A DNA stretch of 64,000 nucleotides. Source: an uncultured Pseudomonas sp. (GTDB lineage Bacteria; Pseudomonadota; Gammaproteobacteria; Pseudomonadales; Pseudomonadaceae). Positions 1 to 9,546 of the stretch are shown in pieces. Below the pieces are notes generated by a model, which worked only from the letters and a program-made list of their open reading frames with translations, did not search any database and had not been told where the DNA came from. The position numbers were made by a program, and so were the translations under genes. The stretch lies in assembly GCA_964410065.1 (NCBI GenBank), contig CAYPFO010000007.1, positions 4,499-68,498 of the forward strand, in the 5' to 3' direction. Positions within the stretch are counted from its first letter, which is position 1. Each line of letters starts with the position of its first letter.

Positions 1-296
1 TGCCGTGCCTGATCAAGGACCTCAGCCTCAAAGATGCCTCGGTGCTGATCAAAAGCGCCAGTTTCATTCCGCAAGTGCTGGAAAGCGCCGTACTGGACCT
101 GGAGCAGGGCGAAGGTGGGGAAGTGGCCCGGCTCAACGGCTATGTGCACGCCATTGCGGCGGCGGAGCCTCGGGCCGACAGCGAATGGCTGCAGTTGGTC
201 ATGCGTTTTGTAGACAGTGATCCGAAAAAGCTCGATTACCTGTCGCGGCAGATCGCCCGCGGTACCACCCAGAAGCATTTTGTCCCCGGCGCCTGA
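1..296 (+). CDS. 3' end of an unidentified protein-coding gene (partial, begins upstream of the window)
   Basis: Frame 3 is open from base 3 (PCLIKDLSLKDASVLIKSAS...) into track ORF 42..296, with TGA at 294-296. Codon usage matches neighbours. No family recognised from about 97 visible residues. Confidence 0.5.
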   Translation, partial: PCLIKDLSLKDASVLIKSASFIPQVLESAVLDLEQGEGGEVARLNGYVHAIAAAEPRADSEWLQLVMRFVDSDPKKLDYLSRQIARGTTQKHFVPGA

Positions 297-479
297 GCCG
301 GTTCACGATCACTGCGCCTCCGCATAGCTCGCATGATCGTGAACAGTTCCGACCCATCGGCCCCACCACGGGGCCGTAAATCGAACGGCTTCACAGCTTG
401 AGTGCGCACCGCTCGCACCGTCTGGCAAGGCTCGCTAGGCTCCCGTATTCAGCCTAGTGCGGTTCAGAAAGTCCTCACC

Positions 480-1376
480 ATGCTTGCACGCTTGCTTCTT
501 CTCGGCGGTCTGCTGGCCCTGTGTGCGCCCGCCACCGCCCTGACCATCTACAAATACACCGATGCCAACGGCGTGGTCACCTACAGCGACCAGGCCCGAA
601 GCGGGGCTCAGGTGTTCGTGTTTCGCGATCGCATGGTCGAGGAGCTGGAAAATCGCGTCCATCTGACCACCCGTAAGCACGCCGCGGGCGAAACCCTGCT
701 GGTGCACAACGAGTTGTACGCCCCGGTGGAAATCGAGCTGCGCCTGAGCGATGTGGACAATGCCTTAGGCGCTCCGGACGAGCCGGTGCGTTGGATCTTG
801 CCCCCGCGCAGCGAGATTCGCCTGCTCACCCTGGCGCCGCGTGACCCGGCCAAACCGCTCGTCTACACGCCGAAACTGCGCCATGCCCTGGGCGATCCGC
901 GCCTGCTGCCGACCAGCAGCCGTTATCCGCTGCCGTGGCTGGGCGGGCCATTCCGGCTGACCCAGGGCGCCAATGGCCGCTACAGCCACTTCACACCCAA
1001 AGGGCGCTACGCCATGGACATCGCCATGCCGGAAGGCACACCGATTCTGGCCGCCCGGGGTGGTGTGGTGATCAGCCTCGAAAATCAGCAGAGCGGGCGC
1101 GGCAACAACCCTTCAGGCAACTATGTGCGCATCCTGCACAACGACGGCACCATGGGCGTTTACCTGCACCTGATGCGCGGCTCGGTGCGGGTGCGAGAAG
1201 GGCAACACGTGGAAACCGGCAGTCTGATCGCCCGCTCCGGCAATACCGGCAATAGCACTGGCCCGCATTTGCACTTCGTGGTGCAGCGTAATGTCGGGCT
1301 GGCGCTGGAATCGATTCCCTTCAGCTTTACTCAGCCGGTCAACAGCCTGCCCAACTTTGCGGTAGGCGGCGAATAG
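480..1376 (+). CDS. Secreted M23/LytM-family metallopeptidase with N-terminal DUF4124-like segment
   Basis: Track ORF 402..1376 trimmed to the ATG at 480, which opens a signal peptide (MLARLLLLGGLLALCAPATA). It has an IYKYTDANGVVTYSD motif and M23 signatures YAMDIAMPEGTPI and GNTGNSTGPHLHF. Confidence 0.85.
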   Translation: MLARLLLLGGLLALCAPATALTIYKYTDANGVVTYSDQARSGAQVFVFRDRMVEELENRVHLTTRKHAAGETLLVHNELYAPVEIELRLSDVDNALGAPDEPVRWILPPRSEIRLLTLAPRDPAKPLVYTPKLRHALGDPRLLPTSSRYPLPWLGGPFRLTQGANGRYSHFTPKGRYAMDIAMPEGTPILAARGGVVISLENQQSGRGNNPSGNYVRILHNDGTMGVYLHLMRGSVRVREGQHVETGSLIARSGNTGNSTGPHLHFVVQRNVGLALESIPFSFTQPVNSLPNFAVGGE

Positions 1377-1498
1377 CTGACGCGACCCTTCGTCGGCGGG
1401 CTCACTATCGCGCAGGCGAGTGTTTGGATTGACTGCTAGTTACTCGTTATCGTGCAGCTGTATACGCAGCCGTGCATCGCGAGAAGAGGGCCGCCCGT

Positions 1499-1750
1499 AT
1501 GACCAGACTGCAGTGCGAGTATCGCGAACATGCCATCCAGGCCGATGTGGTCGAGCATCCAGACTTGCCGACGCCCTGGGCCGGTGGTTGTCATATCACC
1601 GCTCCAGACGGGCACACCACCCGGCGTATTGCCTTGCCGGTGCAATCGGCCTTCCTGGCCGACTTGGACAGTGCCCAGCGCGCATCTATCGCCCATGGCA
1701 AGTGGCTGGTGGATCGGCATCTGGATCATGGGCGGGCACTGCCTGACTAG
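1499..1750 (+). CDS. Hypothetical small protein (83 aa), doubtful
   Basis: ATG inside track ORF 1472..1750 (MTRLQCEYREH...), with GAAGAGGG about 8 nt upstream. GC3 is about 69% by hand count, lower than neighbouring genes. No family recognised. Confidence 0.3.
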   Translation: MTRLQCEYREHAIQADVVEHPDLPTPWAGGCHITAPDGHTTRRIALPVQSAFLADLDSAQRASIAHGKWLVDRHLDHGRALPD

Positions 1751-1761
1751 CAGGCAAGTGC

Positions 1762-3102
1762 TCAAGCCTGCTTGAGCACCTTGGCGAGGACTACCTTGGG
1801 TCCTTTCATCTTCTTGATGATGATGCGCAGGCCGTCGGTTTCCAGCACTTCTTCCTCTTCAGGCATGCGTTTGAGCGTGTCGTAGATCAAGCCGGCCAGC
1901 GTATCCGCCTCCACATGATCGAGGTCGACATTGAGCAGGCGTTCGATCTTGAACAGCGGTGTGTCGCCGCGCACCAGAAGTTTGCCGGGTTGGTAGGCCA
2001 GGATGCCGCGCTCGGTCTTGCGGTGTTCATCCTGGATATCACCCACCAATGCCTCGAGCACGTCCTCCATGGTCAGGTAACCGATCACCTTGCCGTCGGC
2101 CTCTTCGACCAGGGCGAAGTGGGCCCCGCCCCGGCGAAAGGTTTCCAGCAGAGTAGTCAGCGGCATGTGTCGGGACACGCGCTCCAGCGGGTGCATCAGC
2201 TCGTCGAGGTCGATCTGATCGGGCAGTTTCTCGGAGAGCGAGAGCTGCAGCAGCAGGTCCTTGATATGCAGAACGCCGATGAACTCGCCGGTTTCCTCGT
2301 CATAGATAGGGTAGCGGCTGTATTTGTGACGACGAAACACACGGAACACGTCTTCGAGGCTGGCGCTGCGCTCTACATAGATCAGGTCTTCGCGGGAGTT
2401 GGCCCAGTCGGCAACTTCCAGCTCGCCCATCTCGACGGCCGAGGCCAGCACGCGAATATCCTGATTACTGGGGTCGTGGGCGCGATTGGAATGCAGGATC
2501 AGCTTGAGTTCTTCGCGACTGTAATGATGCTCGCTGTGTTCGCCCGGCTCACCCTGGCCGGCAATGCGCAGAATGGCATTGGCACTGGCGTTGAGCACGT
2601 AGATGGCGGGGTACATGGCCCAATAGAACAGGTACAGGGGTACGGCGGTCCACAGCGAGAGCAGTTCCGGCTTGCGGATCGCCCACGACTTGGGCGCCAG
2701 TTCGCCGACCACGATATGCAGGTAGGAAATCACTGCGAAGGCGGCAAAGAAGGAAATCCCGTGCAGCAGGGCCTCGGAGTCGACGCCGAACAGCTTGAGC
2801 ATGGGTTCCAGCAGATGGGCGAAGGCGGGTTCACCGACCCAGCCCAGGCCCAGCGAGGCCAGGGTGATGCCCAGTTGGCACGCGGAGAGGTAGGCGTCCA
2901 TCTGGTTGTGCACGGTGCGCAGAATGTGTCCACGCCAGCCGTGTTGCGCGGCGATGGCGTCGACCTTGGTGGCGCGCAGGCGAACGATGGCGAATTCAGC
3001 GGCTACGAAAAAGCCGTTGAGCAGGACAAGAAACAGGGCGAACAGAACGAGGCCGAAGTCGGCGAAGTAGGAAGCTGCGGTAAAACTCGGGGAAGGGTCC
3101 AT
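1762..3102 (-). CDS. CNNM/HlyC-CorC family transporter (DUF21 membrane domain + CBS pair + CorC_HlyC C-terminal domain)
   Basis: The 446-aa translation has a hydrophobic DUF21 N-terminus, a tandem CBS region and the typical C-terminal transporter-associated domain. ATG at 3100-3102. Confidence 0.9.
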   Translation of the reverse strand: MDPSPSFTAASYFADFGLVLFALFLVLLNGFFVAAEFAIVRLRATKVDAIAAQHGWRGHILRTVHNQMDAYLSACQLGITLASLGLGWVGEPAFAHLLEPMLKLFGVDSEALLHGISFFAAFAVISYLHIVVGELAPKSWAIRKPELLSLWTAVPLYLFYWAMYPAIYVLNASANAILRIAGQGEPGEHSEHHYSREELKLILHSNRAHDPSNQDIRVLASAVEMGELEVADWANSREDLIYVERSASLEDVFRVFRRHKYSRYPIYDEETGEFIGVLHIKDLLLQLSLSEKLPDQIDLDELMHPLERVSRHMPLTTLLETFRRGGAHFALVEEADGKVIGYLTMEDVLEALVGDIQDEHRKTERGILAYQPGKLLVRGDTPLFKIERLLNVDLDHVEADTLAGLIYDTLKRMPEEEEVLETDGLRIIIKKMKGPKVVLAKVLKQA

Positions 3103-3170
3103 GGATACGAAGGTTGGCCAATGAAGCGCGCAAGATGGGCCTGCGCGCGCGATTTTTCAAGCAGAAAGGA

Positions 3171-4493
3171 TCAGTCTTTGGGATTCGACGCGTTGCGCTG
3201 AACCAGTTGGCTACGCGGAAAATGGCAGGTGAACGTGCTGCCCTGGCCCACCGTGCTGATCACATCCAGGCGACCATGATGGCGCAACAGCACATGCTTG
3301 ACGATTGCCAGGCCCAATCCGGTGCCGCCTGTGTTGGAGGCGCGACTGGCATCCACCCGATAAAAACGCTCGGTCAGGCGGGAAATATGCCGTGGTTCGA
3401 TGCCGATGCCGCTGTCGTTCACCGACAGATGGCCGCCGTGGTCGTCGCCCCACCAGCGGATCCGGATCTCGCCCTCATCCGGTGTGTACTTCACCGCATT
3501 GAACACCAGGTTGGAAAAAGCGCTGCGCAACTCGCTTTCGCTGCCTTTGAGCTTGAGGTGCGGATCGGCCTCGAGGCTGATGGGGTGCCGACGTTCGCCG
3601 GACAGGGCCTGGGCGTCAGCGCGGATTGACAGCAGCAACAGGTCCACTGCCACCGGCTGGTTGTCCGAGGGGTAATCGGTGGCTTCCAGGCGGGCCAGCA
3701 TCAGCAGGTCATTGAGCAGGTTCTGCATGCGGCCGGCCTGCTGCTGCATCTGCTGCATGGGGCGCAGCCAGCGCGGGTTGATCTGCTCGACGTTGTCCAG
3801 CAGGGTTTCCAGGTAGCCGGTGATTACCGTCAGTGGCGTGCGCAGTTCATGGGAGACGTTGGCCACGAAGTCCTTGCGCATCTGTTCCAGAAGCTGCAGG
3901 CGCGTGACGTCACGCACCACCATCAAGTGCTCGCTCTGCCCGTACAGGGTGATGAAAAACTGCAGTTGTACGCGAGGGTTGATGGGCGAGGGCAGTTCCA
4001 GGGGATCGTGAAAATTCTGCCGGTCGAAAAACTCCTTGAAGCGAGGATGGCGAATCAGGTTGGTCACCGCCTGGCCCGTATCCTGGGGTGCGGTCAGGCC
4101 GAGCAAGGTGTGTGCGGCGGGGTTCCACCATTCCAGGTTACCGTCCCGGTCAAGCATGATCACCGCGTCCTTGAGCGCGGCTGTCGATTGCTGGGCGCGA
4201 TCGATCACCGACTGCAGGCGGCTACGCGCCTGGCGGCTTCGGCGCTTCTGGTAATGGATGCGGTCGTAAAGTTCTTCCCACAAGCCGCTGGCATGGGGCA
4301 CTTCATCATCCGGTTCGGCATGTTCCAGCCAGTGGCGCAGTCGCAACAGGCCGGTCAACAGCCAGGCCAGGTAAGCGGCCAGACACAGCGCCAGGCTCCA
4401 GCCCCACGCCTTGCTGAACAGGCCCAGCAGCAGGCTAGCGCCCAGCAAGAGGGCCATGTGGCGGAACAGCACACCTCGCCAATCGGAGTTCAA
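3171..4493 (-). CDS. phoR: Phosphate regulon sensor histidine kinase PhoR
   Basis: Two N-terminal TM segments, a PAS-like region, an H-box (SHELRTPLT) and an HATPase_c G-box (GGTGLGLAIVKH). It lies 9 nt downstream of phoB. The start at 4491-4493 is TTG, and an ATG alternative sits at 4455-4457. Confidence 0.9.
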   Translation of the reverse strand: MNSDWRGVLFRHMALLLGASLLLGLFSKAWGWSLALCLAAYLAWLLTGLLRLRHWLEHAEPDDEVPHASGLWEELYDRIHYQKRRSRQARSRLQSVIDRAQQSTAALKDAVIMLDRDGNLEWWNPAAHTLLGLTAPQDTGQAVTNLIRHPRFKEFFDRQNFHDPLELPSPINPRVQLQFFITLYGQSEHLMVVRDVTRLQLLEQMRKDFVANVSHELRTPLTVITGYLETLLDNVEQINPRWLRPMQQMQQQAGRMQNLLNDLLMLARLEATDYPSDNQPVAVDLLLLSIRADAQALSGERRHPISLEADPHLKLKGSESELRSAFSNLVFNAVKYTPDEGEIRIRWWGDDHGGHLSVNDSGIGIEPRHISRLTERFYRVDASRASNTGGTGLGLAIVKHVLLRHHGRLDVISTVGQGSTFTCHFPRSQLVQRNASNPKD

Positions 4494-4502
4494 GGGCGTT
4501 AC

Positions 4503-5192
4503 TCAACCTTTGGTGGAAAAGCGGTAGCCGGTGCCGCGCACAGTCTGCACCAGTCCTTCATAGTTTTCGCCCAGCGACTTGCGCAGCCGGCGGATATGCA
4601 CATCCACGGTACGTTCTTCAACGTACACGTTGCCACCCCACACCTGGTCCAGCAACTGGCTACGGGTGTAGGCGCGCTCCTGGTGGGTCATGAAGAATTT
4701 CAGCAAACGGTATTCGGTCGGGCCCATTTCGGCGGGACGACCGTCGATGGTCACCCGGTGGCTGACCGGGTCGAGGTGCAGGCCGCCGATTTCGATGGGC
4801 GTCTCGCCATCCTCCGGCGCCGTGCGGCGCAGCACCGCCTTGAGGCGAGCGACCAGCTCGCGCGGGGAAAACGGCTTGGTGATGTAATCATCGGCGCCGA
4901 CCTCCAGGCCCTGCACCTTGTTGTCCTCTTCGCCCTTGGCGGTGAGCATGATCACCGGGATGTTGGCGGTCAGCACGTCGCGCTTCAGGCGCCGGGCCAG
5001 CTCGATGCCCGAGGTGCCGGGCAGCATCCAGTCGAGCAGGATCAGGTCGGGCATGCGATCGACGATCAGGCTATGGGCCTGCTGGGTGTCCGCGGCTTCG
5101 AGGCTTTCGTAGCCCGCCATTTCCAGCGCAACGGCAATCATCTCGCGTATAGGTGCTTCGTCATCGACGATAAGAATGGTTTTTCCTGCCAT
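4503..5192 (-). CDS. phoB: Phosphate regulon response regulator PhoB
   Basis: Receiver domain ([19 protein letters not shown]) plus an OmpR/PhoB winged-helix C-terminus ([17 protein letters not shown]). Track ORF trimmed to the ATG at 5190-5192, giving 229 aa. Confidence 0.95.
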   Translation of the reverse strand: MAGKTILIVDDEAPIREMIAVALEMAGYESLEAADTQQAHSLIVDRMPDLILLDWMLPGTSGIELARRLKRDVLTANIPVIMLTAKGEEDNKVQGLEVGADDYITKPFSPRELVARLKAVLRRTAPEDGETPIEIGGLHLDPVSHRVTIDGRPAEMGPTEYRLLKFFMTHQERAYTRSQLLDQVWGGNVYVEERTVDVHIRRLRKSLGENYEGLVQTVRGTGYRFSTKG

Positions 5193-5243
5193 GGGTATCG
5201 CCTTTTGGATTCCAGTCACTGAACTGCATTAGATAACGGAATT

Positions 5244-5261
5244 ATTGCAGGGATGTGACAA
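5244..5261 (-). promoter_or_regulatory. Candidate Pho box in the phoB / 5381-gene divergent promoter region
   Basis: In phoB orientation it reads TTGTCAC-ATCC-CTGCAAT: two 7-nt direct repeats with a 4-nt spacer. Each matches 5/7 to the CTGTCAT repeat of the enterobacterial Pho box. It lies about 50 nt upstream of the phoB ATG. Confidence 0.5.
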
Positions 5262-5380
5262 GCGGACTTCAGCTCCTCTGGGGCACTGTTGAACATGCTG
5301 CCCAAGTCCAGGGTCCAAGGGGCTGGGACCTTATGGCTGGCCGAACAGCGTGTGCTTCGCCAGATGAGAGGAACACTGCG

Positions 5381-5758
5381 ATGAAAATACGTTTCACGTT
5401 GCTGAAGGGGGCCGCATTGGCCGCATGGTTGGCGCTGCCGGGCCTGGCGTTGGCGCAGGAGCCGGCGACGGTGAAGGAGGGCCGGCTGGTCGATGGCCAG
5501 GGGATGACCCTCTACACCTACGGCAAAGACAGCGAGGGCCAGTCCAATTGCACCCAGGAGTGCGCAGATATTTGGCCGCCGCTGATCGCCAGCGAGGACG
5601 CCACAGGCTCGGGTGACTGGAGTCTGGTCACCCGCGAAGACGGCACTCGGCAGTGGGCCTACGACGGTAAGCCGCTGTACACCTATGTCAAAGACACGAA
5701 ACCCGGCGACACCACCGGCGACACCCTGATGGGCGTTTGGCACGTCGCCAAACCGTAG
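5381..5758 (+). CDS. Secreted COG4315-type repeat protein (PA5359-like)
   Basis: Track ORF 5255..5758 trimmed to the ATG at 5381 (SD GAGAGGA). Signal peptide MKIRFTLLKGAALAAWLALPGLALA, then duplicated G..LYTY/..D motifs (GMTLYTYGKD, GKPLYTYVKD) and a Cys pair. Confidence 0.8.
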   Translation: MKIRFTLLKGAALAAWLALPGLALAQEPATVKEGRLVDGQGMTLYTYGKDSEGQSNCTQECADIWPPLIASEDATGSGDWSLVTREDGTRQWAYDGKPLYTYVKDTKPGDTTGDTLMGVWHVAKP

Positions 5759-5764
5759 GCCGCG

Positions 5765-5952
5765 GCGCGGGCCCGGCGGCCCGGTAAGAAACCTGTGTGG
5801 GCGGGTTTATCCCGGCTGATGGCGCTGGAACCCCACTCAAGGCCAGATTCACTTTCGCTGCCGGCGTAAAGCCGGCCCCACAAGGGTTCGGCGCGGCCCG
5901 GCGGCCCGGTAAGAAACTGTGGGGTCGGGTTTATCCCGGCCGACGGCGCTGG
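5765..5952. repeat. REP-like intergenic element: two about 62-bp direct repeats (5765-5828 and 5891-5952), each with a GC-rich hairpin
   Basis: GCGCGG(G)CCCGGCGGCCCGGTAAGAAAC(C)TGTG(T/G)GG(C/T)CGGGTTTATCCCGGC(T/C)GA(T/C)GGCGCTGG occurs twice, 126 bp apart. Each copy contains a CGGG-TTTAT-CCCG hairpin. The element lies between convergent genes. Confidence 0.8.
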
Positions 5953-5992
5953 GGAGTGCGGTGCGGCCCGGCCCCACATAAAAGTGGCAGCG

Positions 5993-6883
5993 CTAGCGCA
6001 GCGTGTAATCGACGAGTGCGCCAATCAAAATCGCTAGCCCCGCCCAGTGGTTGTGCAGGAAGCACTGGAAGCAGATCAGCGGATCACGTTCGCGGGTGCG
6101 CCAGAACTCCCAGAGGAAGCACAGCGCTGCGGCGCCCAGGCCGACGTGGAAGTACAGGCCCAGTTCGAAGCGCGCCGCGGCGAGCATCAGGCACAACAGC
6201 GAGAGAAACTGCAGGCCGAGGATGATCGCGCGGTCCGCTTCGGCGAACAGGATGGCGGTGGATTTCACGCCGATCTTCAGGTCGTCCTCGCGGTCGGCCA
6301 TGGCGTAGTAGGTGTCGTAGCCCACGGTCCACACCAGGTTGGCGACGAACAGCAGCCAGGCCTCGGGCGGCAGGGTACCGGTCTCGGCGGTGAAGCACAT
6401 CAGAATGCCCCACGAATAAGCTGCACCGAGCACCACCTGCGGGTAATAGGTGTAGCGCTTCATGAACGGGTACAGCGAGGCGACCGCCAGGGCGCCGAAC
6501 GACAGCCAGACGGTGACAGCGTTGGTCAGCAGCACCAGACCGAAGCTCAGCGCCACCAGTACGGCGAACAGCGCCCAGGCCTCGCGCACGCTGATCTTGC
6601 CCTTGGCCAGTGGCCGTTCGCGGGTGCGGCGTACATGGCCGTCGACGTTACGGTCGGCGAAATCATTGATCACGCAACCCGCTGAGCGCATGAGGATCAC
6701 CCCCAGGGTGAATATCACCACGTTGGCGGTGCTGGGCGCGCCTTTGCCGGCAATCAACAGGGCAGTCAGGGTCGGCCAAAGCAGCAGATAAATGCCGATG
6801 GGCTTGTCCAGACGCATGAGCTGAATGAAATCCCAGGCACGTGGATGCAGGCGATTGAAGGATTGCAGCAGGTCGGTATACAT
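5993..6883 (-). CDS. ubiA: 4-hydroxybenzoate octaprenyltransferase UbiA
   Basis: Track ORF trimmed to the ATG at 6881-6883 ([30 protein letters not shown]). UbiA prenyltransferase motifs [15 protein letters not shown] and YAMADREDD are present. The gene lies directly downstream of ubiC. Confidence 0.92.
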   Translation of the reverse strand: MYTDLLQSFNRLHPRAWDFIQLMRLDKPIGIYLLLWPTLTALLIAGKGAPSTANVVIFTLGVILMRSAGCVINDFADRNVDGHVRRTRERPLAKGKISVREAWALFAVLVALSFGLVLLTNAVTVWLSFGALAVASLYPFMKRYTYYPQVVLGAAYSWGILMCFTAETGTLPPEAWLLFVANLVWTVGYDTYYAMADREDDLKIGVKSTAILFAEADRAIILGLQFLSLLCLMLAAARFELGLYFHVGLGAAALCFLWEFWRTRERDPLICFQCFLHNHWAGLAILIGALVDYTLR

Positions 6884-6909
6884 GGGGCCCCTCCAGATGG
6901 ACGCGGCGA

Positions 6910-7524
6910 TTATAGAGGCGTAGGGGCGCTCTGCGCCGCCTGCCACAGCGCGGGCAGGAAAATCTCGGCGACCAGCACTCCCGCGGAGCCGCGCAGGAAG
7001 CACGAGCGTCGGCCCCACAGCTGTGGCTGACGGATTTCGTCCGGCAGCCAGGCCGCAGGGTACTGACAGATTTCAAACGGCGTACGCGCGAAAGCCTTGT
7101 CGCTAAACAGCAGGTGGCCCAGGGGGCGGGAGCCCAGATGCTGCAGGTCCAGCCCCAGGGCCTGCAACGCTTCCCGGCTGGCCACGCTGCGGGCAAACAC
7201 CCAGGGGTGGCCGTGTCCGCACAGGTAGACTTCGCGCACCCAGCCGCTATTGCCGACAGGCAGGGCCAGGGCTGTGCATTCGTCGGGGCGCAGCGGCTGC
7301 CAGCCTTCGCACAGCGGTTCGACGTTGAAGGCGCCGCACGCCAATGCGGTGAGGCGACGGGTCAGCGATCCTGGTTCGTGCAGCCAGTCGTGGCACAGCG
7401 GTTCGAGCGCAGGGGCAAGGCGGTCGGCGGTCAGCCAGGAGCAGGAATCGGACACGGTGGCAATCGGCACAGCGGAAGACGGCCGAAGTCTATCACGCGC
7501 ACGGCTTGGCACTGGATACCGCAC
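6910..7524 (-). CDS. ubiC: Chorismate pyruvate-lyase UbiC (start uncertain)
   Basis: Has the [11 protein letters not shown] motif typical of UbiC and sits immediately upstream of ubiA. The maximal ORF starts at GTG 7522-7524. An internal GTG at 7453-7455 would give about 182 aa, closer to known UbiC lengths. Confidence 0.75.
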   Translation of the reverse strand: MRYPVPSRARDRLRPSSAVPIATVSDSCSWLTADRLAPALEPLCHDWLHEPGSLTRRLTALACGAFNVEPLCEGWQPLRPDECTALALPVGNSGWVREVYLCGHGHPWVFARSVASREALQALGLDLQHLGSRPLGHLLFSDKAFARTPFEICQYPAAWLPDEIRQPQLWGRRSCFLRGSAGVLVAEIFLPALWQAAQSAPTPL

Positions 7525-7611
7525 TCAACCAAGGGAGGGGTCTGCAAGAGTTGGCTGAAGGGCATGCATGGTATAGCGTTGCCGGCCAACGCAACGAACG
7601 GAGGCGCCTGG

Positions 7612-7779
7612 ATGAGCAAGTGGCAATGTGTGGTCTGCGGTCTGATTTATGACGAAGCACTGGGCTGGCCGGATGAGGGAATTCCCGCCGGCACACGTTG
7701 GGCCGATGTGCCGGAAGACTGGATCTGTCCCGATTGCGGTGTCAGCAAAGCGGATTTTGAAATGCAGCACGTCGCCTGA
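7612..7779 (+). CDS. rubA: Rubredoxin
   Basis: 55-aa product [15 protein letters not shown]...[13 protein letters not shown] with the two CxxCG iron-binding knuckles. GGAGG lies 8 nt upstream of the ATG. Confidence 0.95.
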   Translation: MSKWQCVVCGLIYDEALGWPDEGIPAGTRWADVPEDWICPDCGVSKADFEMQHVA

Positions 7780-7802
7780 TCGGCCGCGTGAGAGGAGCAA
7801 AT

Positions 7803-8954
7803 ATGCCCAACAAGCCAGTCGTCATAGTGGGCACGGGGTTGGCCGGCTACAACCTGGCGCGGGAATTCCGCAGGCTCGACAGCCAGACGCCGCTCTTGCT
7901 GATCAGCGCCGATGATGGGCGCTCCTATTCCAAGCCCATGCTCTCCACCGGTTTCGCCAAGGGGCAGGATGCCGACGCCCTGGTCATGGTCGAGGCGGGT
8001 GCCATGGCGGTGCAGCTGGATGCGCAGGTCCGCACCCATACTCGCGTTACCGGCGTGGACCCGGCGCAACGGCGCCTGTGGCTCGGCGAGGAAGCCGTGG
8101 ATTATCGCGATCTGGTGCTGGCCCTCGGGGCGGATTGCATCCGCGTACCGGTGGCGGGTGATGCCAGCGAGGCGATTTATTCGGTTAACGACCTGGAAGA
8201 TTACGCACGCTTTCGCGCCGCCGCGGTCGGCCAGCAGCGCGTGCTGATTCTCGGTGCCGGGCTGATTGGCTGTGAGTTCGCCAACGATCTCAGTCTGGGT
8301 GGTTATCAGGTCGAGATGGTCGCGCCGTGCGAGCAGGTGATGCCGACGCTGCTGCATCCCGCTGCGGCGAGCGCGCTGCAGGCCGGCTTGGAAAGTTTGG
8401 ATGTGCGTCTGCGCCTGGGGCCTACGCTGGTCAGCCTGAACCATACGAAGAACGGCCTGGAAGCGCTGCTGTCTGACGGTACGCGGATCGCCTGTGATCT
8501 GGTGCTTTCCGCCGTTGGCTTGCGTGCGCGCACAACACTGGCAGCGGCGGCCGGGCTGGCCGTCAATCGCGGCATTGTGGTCGATCGCCACCTGCGCGCC
8601 TCTCAGCCGAATATTTATGCATTAGGGGATTGCGCCGAAGTGGGCGGCCTCAATTTGATGTACGTGATGCCGTTGATGGCCAGCGTCCGTGCCTTGGGCA
8701 AGACGCTGGCAGGGCAGCCGAGCGAGGTGCGCTACGGACCGATGCCGATCATGGTCAAAACGCCGGTGTGTCCGCTGGTACTGTCGCCGGTTCCCACAGG
8801 CCGACACGGCGAATGGCAGGTCGAAGGCGCAGGTGCGGATATTCGTGCGCTGTGCCGTGATGCGCAAGGCGAGCTGCTCGGCTATGCCCTGACCGGCGCC
8901 GAGGTACAGGGACGTCTGGCCCTGAATCGCCAGTTACCTGATCTGCTGAGCTGA
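7803..8954 (+). CDS. rubB: Rubredoxin-NAD(+) reductase (FAD-dependent pyridine nucleotide-disulfide oxidoreductase)
   Basis: ATG at 7803 after [11 protein letters not shown] GxGxxG ([11 protein letters not shown]) and NAD GxGxxG ([12 protein letters not shown]) motifs are present. It lies directly downstream of rubredoxin, as in PAO1 PA5349-5351. Confidence 0.88.
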   Translation: MPNKPVVIVGTGLAGYNLAREFRRLDSQTPLLLISADDGRSYSKPMLSTGFAKGQDADALVMVEAGAMAVQLDAQVRTHTRVTGVDPAQRRLWLGEEAVDYRDLVLALGADCIRVPVAGDASEAIYSVNDLEDYARFRAAAVGQQRVLILGAGLIGCEFANDLSLGGYQVEMVAPCEQVMPTLLHPAAASALQAGLESLDVRLRLGPTLVSLNHTKNGLEALLSDGTRIACDLVLSAVGLRARTTLAAAAGLAVNRGIVVDRHLRASQPNIYALGDCAEVGGLNLMYVMPLMASVRALGKTLAGQPSEVRYGPMPIMVKTPVCPLVLSPVPTGRHGEWQVEGAGADIRALCRDAQGELLGYALTGAEVQGRLALNRQLPDLLS

Positions 8955-9010
8955 GCACGATTCTGCGAAAGACGTCTGGTCATTGGCTCACGAAAGCGGA
9001 TGGGGGAACT

Positions 9011-9033
9011 GGCATGACCCAGAGTGTCATGCC
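9011..9033 (+). terminator. Hairpin downstream of rubB (possible terminator or operator)
   Basis: GGCATGAC-N7-GTCATGCC, 8-bp perfect arms, 57 nt after the rubB stop. No T-run follows. Confidence 0.3.
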
Positions 9034-9138
9034 ATTCTCCAATGACTGCCGCAGCGTAGAGCCGTTGCGGCGCCTTGGGCGCTGTTCCCGCGAGCAGCAC
9101 GGAAAAACAACAACAACACCGTCAAAGAGGCAATCGTT

Positions 9139-9411
9139 ATGCGCAAACCAGAACTCGCCGCAGCCATTGCGGAAAAGGCCGATCTCACCCGTGAGCAAGC
9201 CAATCGTGTCCTCAATGCCGTGCTGGACGAAATCACCGGTGCGCTGAACCGCAAGGACAGTGTCACCCTGGTCGGCTTTGGCACCTTTGTGCAACGCCAC
9301 CGTGGCGCGCGTACTGGCAAGAATCCCCAGACGGGTGAGCCCGTGAAGATCAAGGCCAGCAACACTGTGGCATTCAAGCCCGGCAAGTCCCTCAAGGACG
9401 CCGTCAACTGA
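9139..9411 (+). CDS. HU-family DNA-binding protein
   Basis: The 90-aa product MRKPELAAAIAEKADLTREQANRVLNAVLDEITGAL...GFGTF..R.R.AR.GKNPQTGE is a classic HU/IHF fold sequence. AAGAGG SD. Confidence 0.92.
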   Translation: MRKPELAAAIAEKADLTREQANRVLNAVLDEITGALNRKDSVTLVGFGTFVQRHRGARTGKNPQTGEPVKIKASNTVAFKPGKSLKDAVN

Positions 9412-9546
9412 CAGGCCGGCAGCGTCTGCATCGGTCGTTTGGCTGGTGCGGGCGACTGCTTGAGTTTGTCCGAAAGACCGGCTGTGATGCGGCGGACCTA
9501 CCGCTACAATCGTGCGCCTAACTTTTTGTCGTAGAGACTGTTTTTG

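Noticed and set aside
5797-6225. 142-aa ORF (MGGFIPADGAG...) and overlapping ORFs in the 5760-5990 gap
   Set aside because: They are translations of the REP-like repeats. The duplicated peptide segments simply mirror the DNA repeat.
9011-9030. TGGCAT...-type sequence considered as a sigma54 promoter upstream of the HU gene
   Set aside because: The TTGC element is missing at the required 5-nt spacing. The sequence is better explained as one arm of the GGCATGAC/GTCATGCC hairpin.
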